From NCBI GenBank assembly GCA_963708075.1, contig OY970194.1, positions 2,752,001 to 2,816,000 of the forward strand: a DNA stretch of 64,000 bases, written 5' to 3'. Below are positions 30,709 through 39,910 of this stretch, in pieces (positions within the stretch are counted from its first letter, which is position 1; the number at the start of each line of letters is the position of its first letter). This DNA comes from Sedimentisphaerales bacterium. GTDB taxonomy: Bacteria > Planctomycetota > Phycisphaerae > Sedimentisphaerales > Anaerobacaceae. The notes beneath the pieces are model-generated. The model was not told the origin of the DNA, searched no databases, and worked only from the letters and a program-made list of their open reading frames with translations. A program made the translations under genes and the position numbers.

Positions 30709-31221
30709 TCAGCGTCTTTCTCTGGAAGACGCTGCCTTGCGGGACTTGGCGAACCTTCGCATTTCGCGTCGGCTGGCCTTGAAGTCCTCGCCAACGGCAC
30801 TCGTGACGTAAGCTCGGCCCAGTTTGCGGCCTTCCGGTAGCTCGTCCGGACCAAAATTGAACAGTAGCATGGCCCTCTGTTGTGGCTTGAGTTCCCCAGG
30901 TAAGAGGATCTCGTTGGACATGGCCTCACAGAGCGGTTCCGGTGTGAATATGAGAGAATGTGCCTTCTGCCCGCGCTTAGGGAGGAACTTGATGACCGCA
31001 CCCATCATCACGGGCACCTGCCCTACGTTGCAGATATCTACGTGCACAACGGTCTTCTTTTGCGGGTTGTTGGGAGCAACAACCCCGGACATGTCGAATA
31101 GCCGAACCACGATGCGTGGACGGGTGGTGTCTCGTTGGTGCAGGTAATTAAGGATACCCAGTACAAGGCCGGATACACCTGACACCGCACCGACTATCGC
31201 AGTGACTTCAGTAATGCTCAT
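30709..31221 (-). CDS. Tandem paralog 3 (A type)
   Basis: MSITEVTAIVGAVSG, ICNVGQVPV, GELKPQQRA, VGEDFKASRREMR. Confidence 0.8.
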   Translation of the reverse strand: MSITEVTAIVGAVSGVSGLVLGILNYLHQRDTTRPRIVVRLFDMSGVVAPNNPQKKTVVHVDICNVGQVPVMMGAVIKFLPKRGQKAHSLIFTPEPLCEAMSNEILLPGELKPQQRAMLLFNFGPDELPEGRKLGRAYVTSAVGEDFKASRREMRRFAKSRKAASSRERR

Positions 31222-31233
31222 AAGCAGTGTTTC

Positions 31234-31262
31234 ATCATAAATGCGATTATCCTGTCCTGCAA
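31234..31262 (-). promoter_or_regulatory. Promoter of paralog 3
   Basis: TTGCAG-17-TATGAT-12-ATG. Confidence 0.75.
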
Positions 31263-31275
31263 AGCCAGAGGCGGG

Positions 31276-31769
31276 CTAAGTCGAGGCTGCCTCCAACTGC
31301 TTGGCCACCCAGCGCATTTCGCGTCGGCTGACCTTGAATCTATCGCCGATGGCACTCTCGACGTAAACTCGGCGCACCTTGCGTCCTTCCAGGAGGTCGG
31401 CCAACCTAAAGTCAAATTCCAGCATCGCGGCGTGCTGCGGCTTGAGTTCCCCCGGCCATGCGGTGACGTCATTGTACGGCTTGGGTGATATCGTCATCGG
31501 GGATGTCTGGCCGGCCTTAGTAGGAAGGAACCCGATACCCTCGACCATCATCACTGGCACCTGCCCCACGTTGCAGACCTCCACGAGGCCGGGGTACCTC
31601 TCGTCCTTCGTGCTCTTGGAGGCAAAACAACTGGGCATGATGTAAAACCGAACCATGATGCGCGGCGCGTGCTGACCCGCCGCTCCCAGTAGTTCACGAT
31701 GCCCAGCACGACGCCGGACACACCCGACACCACGCCGACGATAATCCCGATGGCTTGGAGAGTACTCAT
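31276..31769 (-). CDS. Tandem paralog 4 (B type); 1-bp deletion near 31664
   Basis: MSTLQAIGIIVGVVSG... joins MVRF...VCNVGQVPV...FKVSRREMR...AAST if one base is added, restoring RPRIMVR. Confidence 0.75.
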
Positions 31770-31781
31770 ACGCGGTGTTGT

Positions 31782-31810
31782 ATGATAATCTCGCTCGCTT
31801 CTTCGTGCAA
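31782..31810 (-). promoter_or_regulatory. Promoter of paralog 4
   Basis: TTGCAC-17-TATCAT-12-ATG. Confidence 0.75.
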
Positions 31811-31876
31811 GGCCGAAAGGAACGGACTTGGGGTCAACTCGTGACACTTGACAGACGGGGTCGCATTCGAGGAGGA

Positions 31877-32551
31877 GCGCCGGCAAGATGCCGGCGCGAC
31901 GCAAGGCCGGGACGGCCTCGCCACGAAAACGCCTTACGGCGTCACTACAAACAGGAATATTAGGGCCAGCCACCGAGTTCTGCCTTCTCTTATGTCGTTT
32001 ATGCCTCGGCCTTCGCGCCTTCATCAGACATCTTGGCCTCACCACACCGATCCGACCCACGGCGGGCCGGGGCTGTCATTCTTCACACGTTCGTCAGGAG
32101 TGCCTCTGGAGACTATCATGACAGACGCGGGCGAAGCCGGCAAGGGAAAAGAGACCTTGGGATTTATGATTCACGATTTATGATTGAATCTCTCCTGATA
32201 CGCATCTGCATTTCCCCGGCAGTTCTCCGCGTCTTGGCGTCTCTGCGCGAGAAGTCTTCAGTCGTTAGTCGAATGAGGACCTGGATTCCCGCCTTCGCGG
32301 GAACGACATAGGAAGTGATCTCTGCGGCCCTGCGTCTCTGCGTGAGATTGTCTTTTCGCGTGGTTCGCGGTTGAAGAGGAATGAAACGCATGGGTTGAGA
32401 ACCCACCCTACAGTCTACGAAATCAGCGTTCATCGGCGTTTATCTGCGGTTGCATCTTTCCTTGCGTCTCGGCGTCTCTGTGTGAGATGATCTGGATTCC
32501 TGCTTCTGCAGGAATGACATGGGCGGAATCGGTGTGCGAGGCACACCCTAC
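31877..32551. repeat. Non-coding mosaic of several short palindromic and tandem repeat families
   Basis: Hairpins 31877-31941; heptamer run 32161-32186; three GCGTCTCTG(C/T)G(C/T)GAGA units (about 32224, 32320, 32461); two CTGGATTCC..GGAA.GAC; two GTAG-type REPs (about 32389, 32531); ATCTGCG-type unit 32421-32451. Confidence 0.85.
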
Positions 32552-33291
32552 GCGACGCCCATGATCTGCTTGAGGGTTTGGGCGTTGTTCAGGGCGTGGC
32601 CGCTGATGTCGTTGTTGAAGTAGGCGTAGATGGCTTGGACGTTGGGGGCCTGGGCCTTGAGCCAGTTGGCCCAGTCATGGAGCATGTGGTCGGGGTAGTT
32701 GCCCGCGTAGCGGCCGTTGGTGCCGTGGAAACGGACGTAGGCCATGCGGCCGGTGACGAGCCGGGGCGGGGCCTTGTCGCCCATATCGTGAACACATAGC
32801 GCGACGCCCCGCCGGTGCATGAGGTCGAACGTCTCCTGGTCGTACCAGCTATTGTGACGGAACTCGAAGACGGCGTTGTCCCGCCTCGGCAGGGACTCGA
32901 TGAATTCGTCCAGCCGTGCCAGATTCTTGTGCAGATTGGGCGGCAGTTGGTACAGGATGGGCCCGAGCCGGTCCTTGAGCAGGTTCGCCAGGGCGAAGAA
33001 TCGGCCGACCTCCTCGCCCGTGTTGTGCAGTTTTTTGATGTGCGTGATGTAGCGGCTGGCCTTGACCGCGAAGAGGAAGTTCAGCGGCACCTTGTCGTGC
33101 CAGTTCACCATCGTCTGCTCTCGCGGCATGTGGTAGAAAGTGTTGTTGATCTCCACCGTGTCGAAGTGCTGGGCATAGAATCCCAGCCAGTCTTCCTTAC
33201 GCATCTTCTCCGGATAGAACCGGCCGATCCAATGGTTGTAGTGCCAGCCGGAGGTCCCGATCCGAATCTCACTGGATTTACGATTTACCAT
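32548..33291 (-). CDS. DUF72 (UPF0759/YecE) family protein
   Basis: IGTSGW.Y..W, FDTVEINNTFY, KASRYITH, QLPP, FEFRH.SW, YVRFHG, AYFNND. Confidence 0.93.
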   Translation of the reverse strand: MVNRKSSEIRIGTSGWHYNHWIGRFYPEKMRKEDWLGFYAQHFDTVEINNTFYHMPREQTMVNWHDKVPLNFLFAVKASRYITHIKKLHNTGEEVGRFFALANLLKDRLGPILYQLPPNLHKNLARLDEFIESLPRRDNAVFEFRHNSWYDQETFDLMHRRGVALCVHDMGDKAPPRLVTGRMAYVRFHGTNGRYAGNYPDHMLHDWANWLKAQAPNVQAIYAYFNNDISGHALNNAQTLKQIMGVA

Positions 33292-33389
33292 TTACGATTT
33301 ATGATTTACGATTCGTTATACCGACGCGCCGGCCGCTCTGTTGTGCGCCGGCGCCAATCATAAATCGTAATTCTTAAATCGTAAATCGC
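33275..33389. repeat. Heptamer inverted-repeat element B (GATTTAY family)
   Basis: Arms at 33275-33313 and 33356-33389; core shares GACGCGC..GTGCGYC with element A. Confidence 0.9.
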
Positions 33390-33391
33390 CA

Positions 33392-33625
33392 ATGGTTTTT
33401 GGGCCTCAGCAATTCGGCAAATGGCTCGTGGTGATCGGGGCCGCGATCGTCGTGATCGGCGTGCTTGTGATCCTGCTCGGAAAGATCGGGCTGTTCCGTC
33501 TGCCCGGCGATTTCACGTTTGGCGGCCGTAACTGGCGCATTTACTTCCCTTTGGCAAGCAGCATCATCCTTTCCCTTCTCCTGACATTGATCCTCTGGCT
33601 GATCCACTATTTCACCCGGCGCTGA
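33392..33625 (+). CDS. DUF2905 family small membrane protein
   Basis: LFRLPGDF......IYFPLASSIILSLLLTLI. Confidence 0.9.
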   Translation: MVFGPQQFGKWLVVIGAAIVVIGVLVILLGKIGLFRLPGDFTFGGRNWRIYFPLASSIILSLLLTLILWLIHYFTRR

Positions 33626-34124
33626 ACGGCCGTGACAAAAGGTGCATGGGCTGTCAGTGAAAACCACAGGGGGAAATAGGTATTCTCCTTATGGCAGCCG
33701 CCTGACAATCCGGCTTTGATGGTGCAGGCCAGAAGAATCGAAATCCGGAAAGCCGGGATGCCCATGATCACAAGCATGATGCTCTGGAACGAGCCGAACA
33801 ACACGTTGCGTATCTGCCCGCAACTGAAGGATCCCGGACCGATCGTGCAGATGAAGGACGTCAACGCGAGAGAGGAGATCGAGCGGTTTCTCAATTCATT
33901 GCGACCCGTGGCGAAAATGAAGATTGATGAGCAGTCGGCGTCCGGGCCGTTGGTCTCTCCCGCCGGACACCCGTCCCCAAAGGCAACGACAACCCAGGTG
34001 TCGGGCAGCAGATTCAATGAACGGGCCGCAGGGGCGACTGGTCCACGGATACTCTATTCAAGACGGCCAAGGCCGGGCAATTCGAGACGATCTGCGAATC
34101 CATGATGTTGCACGTGGGACAGAC

Positions 34125-35210
34125 ATGAACCCGGATGCACGAAATATTCTGCTATGCCTGCGCTATGGAATTGGCGACCTGATCACGGAGCTTCCAGCTA
34201 TTGCGCGGCTCCGCGAGGTCGTGCCGCGGGCGACCATCACCGCCCTTGGGGCCAAGCCCGCGACCGAAATCCTCGACGGTGACCGGCGGGTGGACAGGGT
34301 CGTCTCCATTCAGCAATGGGGCATCCAACACTTGGGCGATCCTGTTGACGAGCAAGTCCGACGGCAGTTCGACGACTGGCTCAGAGCCAATCAGTTCGAC
34401 CTGATCCTGGATCCGTCCCACGCGGCGAACATCGTGCGGCGGGCGGTTTATGAGAGTGGCGTCCCAGTCGGGGACTCAGACCGCGCCTGCCTGGAAGCCG
34501 GACTGGCCCAAGGCATGGATGGGCTGTCCGCGGTCAAGAACGCCATGCGGCTCGGATGGGGCATGGAGGTGCCTGCGTCATACTATCCGACCGTGGACCT
34601 TCGTCCCGATGAAATCGCCTGGGTCCACGGGTACATGGAACAGGGGGCCGCGATGGACAATCTTGTGGCGATGTCCCCGGGCGCGTCGGGTGATCTGAAG
34701 CGATGGCCCGTGTCGCATTTCGGTCGGCTTTGCCGCCATCTTACCAGCGAGTTGCAGGCCCGGGTGTTGCTCTTCACAGGCCCGCAGGAAATAGAACTAT
34801 TGAGCAGGCTGCAGGCCGAGACACATGATCTCGGTATCGACGTCGTGGTGAATCTACCCCTGCGGCGAGTTGCCGCCCTGCTGTCTTTGTGCCGCCTGTA
34901 CGTGGGCAACGACTCCGGCCTGATGCATCTTGCGGCCGCCGTTCGGACTCCCGTAGTCGTCTTCTTTGGCCCGACGGTTCCGCACCTGTACCTGCCTCGC
35001 TGGGTCCGGTCGCGCGCGGTCGTCAGCCCTATTGAGTGTCCATACCGTCTCAGCCGCAGCTTCGGACACCCGCGCTGTATACTAGCCCACACGTGTCTGC
35101 TCGGCACGCCATGCATCGATGCGATCGACCCGCAGGAAGCCCTGACGGCGGTGCAGCAGGAGTACCTGGCAACCTGGAAGGGTCAGCATTGCGAGCTCAG
35201 TATCCGGTAG
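34125..35210 (+). CDS. Glycosyltransferase family 9 (heptosyltransferase-like)
   Basis: GIGDLI, PGAS...KRWP, VGNDSGLMHLAAA..TP.V..FGPT. Confidence 0.9.
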   Translation: MNPDARNILLCLRYGIGDLITELPAIARLREVVPRATITALGAKPATEILDGDRRVDRVVSIQQWGIQHLGDPVDEQVRRQFDDWLRANQFDLILDPSHAANIVRRAVYESGVPVGDSDRACLEAGLAQGMDGLSAVKNAMRLGWGMEVPASYYPTVDLRPDEIAWVHGYMEQGAAMDNLVAMSPGASGDLKRWPVSHFGRLCRHLTSELQARVLLFTGPQEIELLSRLQAETHDLGIDVVVNLPLRRVAALLSLCRLYVGNDSGLMHLAAAVRTPVVVFFGPTVPHLYLPRWVRSRAVVSPIECPYRLSRSFGHPRCILAHTCLLGTPCIDAIDPQEALTAVQQEYLATWKGQHCELSIR

Positions 35211-35259
35211 CCGCGGATGGCCATTTCCGTCCTCACTTTGCGCGAGTATAATGGGGCTC

Positions 35260-37012
35260 ATGGCAAATGCAGCGCTCAGTGCGATCTTCAGCCAGATGGC
35301 CGACGTGATGGAGATTCTCGGCGAGGACCGGTTCCGCATCAACAGTTACCGCACGGTCGCGCGGGTCATCGAGGAGAGCGGGACAGATGTCGCGGTCCTG
35401 CTCGAAACCGGCGAGCTGGCGAACACCCCCGGCATCGGAAAATCGTCGCTGGCCAAGATCGAGGAGTTCGTCAAGACCGGCCAGATCCAGGCCCACCAGG
35501 AACTGCTGGCGAGAATCCCGCAGGCCCTGCTCGACCTGCTGACTATTCCGGGCGTCGGGCCCAAGACCGTCAAGACCCTCTACGAGCATCTGCACATCAG
35601 CGGCATCCCGGAATTGAAGAAGGCGATCGAGGACGGGACCATCGAAACGCTGCCGGGGTTCGGCGCCAAGAAAGCGGCCGCGATCCTGCGAGGCATCGAG
35701 TTTTTGCAGAAGGCCACCGGCCGAATCCGGCTCGATCAGGCGATGATCGCCGCACAGATTGCCACGGATTATCTTCGACCGCTGCCCGGCATCGACAAGA
35801 TTGAGAACCGCCGGGTCCCTGCGGCGCTGGGCGGAGACCATTGGGGACGTCGATCTGCTTGTCACCACTGAGAAGGCGGGCTCCAAAGCGAAGCAAACGC
35901 CGGAGCAGATTATCGAGTCGTTCACCGGCGCCCCGTTCGTCGAGCGGGTCCTGGCAGCCGGCGGGACCAAGGGCTCCGTCATCATTCACACGGAGACGAC
36001 GGCCGTGCAGGTCGATGTCCGCGTGGTGCCGCAGGAAAGCTTCGGCGCCGCTCTTCAGTATTTCACCGGCTCCAAGCCGCACAATGTCCGGCTTCGCGAG
36101 ATCGCCATCAAGGCCGGGCTCAAGCTCAATGAGTACGGCCTGTTCAAAGACGATAAGATGGTCGCCGGGGCGGTCGAGCAGGAAATTTATAAGAAGCTCG
36201 GCCTCGACTTCATCGACCCGCTGCTGCGCGAGGACCGCGGCGAGGTCGATGCCGCAAAACGTCACGCACTGCCCAAGCTCATCCGCGTGGAAGACATCCG
36301 GGGCGACTTCCACGCGCACACCGTCGCCTCCGACGGCAGCAATACGATCGAGGAAATGGCCCGGGCGGCAAAAGAGCGAGGCTACGAATTCCTCTGCATC
36401 ACCGATCACTCGAAGTCCTCCGCCATCGCCAACGGGCAGTCCCCGCAGCGGCTCGCGCAGCAGATCAAAGAAATTCACAAAATAAACGCCAGGCTCAAGG
36501 GCATCACGCTCCTGGCCGGTGCCGAGGTGGACATTCTGGCCGAGGGCAATCTCGACTTCGAGGATGAGTTGCTGGCCGACCTGGATTTCGTCGTCGCTTC
36601 GATCCATTCGGCCCTCGGCAGCGCCCGCGAGCGGGTCACGATGCGCACGCTCAAGGCGATGGACAATCCCTGCGTGACGTGCATCGGCCATCCGACCGGC
36701 CGGCTCATCGGCCAGCGCGAGGCCATGGATCTCGACATGCCCGCGGTGATCGAACACGCCGCTCAGACAAGCACGGCTCTCGAAGTCAACTCAGACCCTT
36801 CCCGTCTCGACCTCAAGGACGTCCACTGCAAGATGGCCATTGAAGCGGGCGTCAAACTGGCCATCGATACGGACGCCCACAGCACAGGCAGCCTGGGCCT
36901 GATGCCCTTCGGCGTCGCCACCGCCGCACGAGGCTGGGCCACCAGGAACGACGTGCTCAACACCTTCCCCCTCTCCAGACTCAGGACCCTTCTCAAGGCC
37001 AAACGCCGGTAG
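35260..37012 (+). CDS. polX: DNA polymerase/3'-5' exonuclease PolX (PolX + PHP); split by a +1 frameshift near 35806
   Basis: HhH PGIGKS and [51 protein letters not shown]. Confidence 0.93.
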
Positions 37013-37130
37013 CACCATGTTTCCGCGGGCGCGGAATCTGCCATCCTGCAAGTGGCTTTGCTCGCGGAGAAGCAGTACCATAGAAGATCGGACACATAGA
37101 GAGTTTATCATCAATCACTGGAGGTTAACG

Positions 37131-38117
37131 ATGAAGATCTGGAATCACTGCCAGCATGCCGCCATCTTCTGGCTGTTGCTGTGCGCGATTGTGCAAGGCA
37201 AAGAGACAACGGGTATGGTTCCCGTCACGGAGATGGGAGACGGCCAGTACAAGGGGCAGACAGGCGGGCTGTATGGCCATGGGCAGAACACGCCTTCCGA
37301 GTCACACCTCAAGGCCGCACAGGAGCAGACAAGCCTCATTCAGCCGCTCGATGCGAACGGAGTCCCGTCCGAGACCGGCAAGATCGTGCTGATATCGCTC
37401 GGCATGTCCAACACGACGCAGGAGTTCTCGACCTTCAAGAAGCTGGCCGACGCCGATCCGAACAAATCGCCGCACCTGGTGATCGTGGATTGCGCACAGG
37501 GCGGACAGGCCGCTCGTCAATGGGCCTATCCCGGCGGCAATCCAGACCGGCCTTCTCCCTGGCTCGTGATGGATCAGCGGCTGGAAAAGGCCCGCGTCGA
37601 ACCCAATCAGGTACAGGTGGTGTGGATGAAACAGGCCGAGATCTCGCCGGCTCAATACGGGGCCTTTCCCGCCCACGCGCAGGTCCTGCGGGACAACATG
37701 CGACTGATCCTGAACATGCTCAAAATGCGATTCCCCAGCCTGCGTGTCGCCTACCTCTCCAGCCGAATCTACGCCGGCTACGCGGGATCGGGACTGAATC
37801 CGGAACCCTATGCGTATGAGTCGGTATTTTCCGTGCGATGGCTGATCGAGGCCCAGATGAACAACGATCCCAACCTGAACTGGGACGCGACCAGAGGCCC
37901 CGTGCAGACGCCGCTGTTATTATGGGGCCCCTACCTGTGGGCCGACGGCACCACGCCCCGCCAGGGCGACGGCTTAGTGTGGACACGCGACGACTTAGCC
38001 AACGACGGAACGCATCCGAGCCCCTCCGGCCGGGAAAAGGTCGCCCGGATGCTCCTGGACTTTCTCAAGACCGATGCCGACGCGCGACAATGGTTCCTGA
38101 AACCGGCCAACCGCTGA
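37131..38117 (+). CDS. Secreted SGNH-like hypothetical protein
   Basis: Signal peptide; SLGMSNT, DGTHPS; GGAGG RBS. Confidence 0.7.
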   Translation: MKIWNHCQHAAIFWLLLCAIVQGKETTGMVPVTEMGDGQYKGQTGGLYGHGQNTPSESHLKAAQEQTSLIQPLDANGVPSETGKIVLISLGMSNTTQEFSTFKKLADADPNKSPHLVIVDCAQGGQAARQWAYPGGNPDRPSPWLVMDQRLEKARVEPNQVQVVWMKQAEISPAQYGAFPAHAQVLRDNMRLILNMLKMRFPSLRVAYLSSRIYAGYAGSGLNPEPYAYESVFSVRWLIEAQMNNDPNLNWDATRGPVQTPLLLWGPYLWADGTTPRQGDGLVWTRDDLANDGTHPSPSGREKVARMLLDFLKTDADARQWFLKPANR

Positions 38118-38275
38118 CGGTGTCGAATTTGCATCACGCAAGCGATCGTATCGCGAAAACATTTTGCGCAACCTCTTGACGGCGGGCGGCGTAGAGCTTC
38201 TTATAGGGGGCTGCACCTCTCGGTAGAGTATTACGGCTGATGAAATCTGTTCTTTGAGGCCTGTGAAACCAACCA

Positions 38276-39190
38276 ATGCTGAAGCAACTGTATATTACAG
38301 ATGGAAAGATTACGGAGATCGGCGAGGGCGAAGCTCCGGTCTGGGTGTATACAGCGCCGGACGAGGCCGAGCGACGATTCCTCATCGAGCAACTGAAGAT
38401 CGACGAGCACACGCTCAGTTCGGCCCTCGACCCCGATGAGCTGAGCCGGCTCGAGTTCGAGCCCGAGCACGTCGCCATGATCTTCAAGAGACCCAAGCAC
38501 TATACCGCCCAGGACAACTTCCTCTTCAAGGTCGTCTCCACCGGCGTCTTTCTCTTCAAGGAGCGTCTGATCATCGTCCGGGCGGACGAAGCTCTGCTCT
38601 TCGAGGGCCGGCCGTTTCTCAAGATGCAGTCCGTCCAGGATGTGTTCCTCAAGCTCATCTACCGGGCGATCTCCCATTTTGTCGAGCACCTGAAAGCGAT
38701 CAACATGATCTCCACGGAGCTCGAGCAGCAGATCAATACCTCCATGGAGAACAAGTACCTGCTCAACCTCTTCACCCTGGAAAAGAGCCTCGTGTACTAC
38801 CTCAGCGCCATCAACTCGAACGGCGTGCTCATCGACAAGGTGAGAAACAACGCCGTCAAGTTGGGACTGACGCAGGAGAGCGTCGAGTTTCTCGACGATA
38901 TTCTGATTGAGAACAACCAGTGCCGGGGCCAGATCGAGATCTACTCCCAGGTGCTTTCCAGCCTCATGGACGCCCGCGCCTCGATCATCAGCAACAACCT
39001 GAACGTGCGCATCAAAGCGCTGACGATCCTGACCATTGCCATCATGCTGCCCACGTTTATTGTCAGCGTCTTCTCCATGAACGTTCATATCCCCATAGAG
39101 GATTACGAGCACGCATTCTGGGTCATCGCCGCCCTAGCTGCCGCTTCCTCCGCCATCGTCGCAATCCTCTGGCGCAGTCTCCGATGGTAG
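38276..39190 (+). CDS. corA: CorA family magnesium transporter
   Basis: ALDPDELSRLE, ASIISNNLN, two C-terminal TMs with PTFIVSVFSMNV. Confidence 0.88.
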   Translation: MLKQLYITDGKITEIGEGEAPVWVYTAPDEAERRFLIEQLKIDEHTLSSALDPDELSRLEFEPEHVAMIFKRPKHYTAQDNFLFKVVSTGVFLFKERLIIVRADEALLFEGRPFLKMQSVQDVFLKLIYRAISHFVEHLKAINMISTELEQQINTSMENKYLLNLFTLEKSLVYYLSAINSNGVLIDKVRNNAVKLGLTQESVEFLDDILIENNQCRGQIEIYSQVLSSLMDARASIISNNLNVRIKALTILTIAIMLPTFIVSVFSMNVHIPIEDYEHAFWVIAALAAASSAIVAILWRSLRW

Positions 39191-39206
39191 ATGGAGCACA
39201 TCTGCC

Positions 39207-39743
39207 ATGCTCCGAGAACCGACAAGAATCGTGTTGACCGGCCCGCCGGGTTGCGGCAAGACGACGGCGGTGATGAAGATTGTCGGCGCACTTCCCAAGG
39301 CAAAGGTCGCAGGTTTCTATACGGAGGAGATTCGTGAGGCGGGTCAGCGCAAGGGCTTCAGGTGGCGCCGGCTGGATGGCCAGTCCGGCACGCTGGCGCA
39401 TGTGAACATCAAGAGCCGCTACCACGTGAGCAAGTACGGCGTGGACATCGAGAGCTTCGACAAAGAAGCCGTCCCTGCAATCGATCCGGAGATCGCCAGC
39501 GCCGACCTGTTCGCCGTCGATGAGATCGGCAAGATGGAGTGCTTCTCGGAGGAGTTCGTGCAAACCGTACGCCGGCTGTTCGCCTCGAACGCATGCGTCC
39601 TTGCCACGGTCGCTCTCAAGGGCGGCGGCTTGATCCAGGAGGTGAAGGACTATCCTACGGTCAAGCTGATGCACCTGACCGTCGCAAACCGCGACGAGAT
39701 CACCCGGCAGGTCGTCGAAATACTTGCAGCGGCAATGAAATGA
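39207..39743 (+). CDS. Nucleoside-triphosphatase (THEP1/NTPase_1 family)
   Basis: LTGPPGCGKTT, GFYTEEIRE, VDEIGKME. Confidence 0.92.
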   Translation: MLREPTRIVLTGPPGCGKTTAVMKIVGALPKAKVAGFYTEEIREAGQRKGFRWRRLDGQSGTLAHVNIKSRYHVSKYGVDIESFDKEAVPAIDPEIASADLFAVDEIGKMECFSEEFVQTVRRLFASNACVLATVALKGGGLIQEVKDYPTVKLMHLTVANRDEITRQVVEILAAAMK

Positions 39744-39910
39744 GCATGCCGGATTCACGGTCCTTCCCGTCCACAGCCTCATGCCTGCTCTGCCACGATC
39801 TTGTCGCACAGCCGCCAAATCCCAGCTTTCCCCTTGCGAATTCCTCAATTCCATGTTGAAATGGAGAGAACGAGAGATGACAGTAAGAACCGTGTGATGG
39901 GCGTCCATGG

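Noticed and set aside
29404..31810. Integron cassette array
   Set aside because: No intI gene and no attC (RYYYAAC...GTTRRRY) structure; the 54-66 bp gaps are explained by promoters.
35790..35830. Programmed ribosomal frameshift in polX and the other split genes
   Set aside because: No slippery heptamer or stimulatory structure was seen; similar indels in unrelated genes point to sequencing error.
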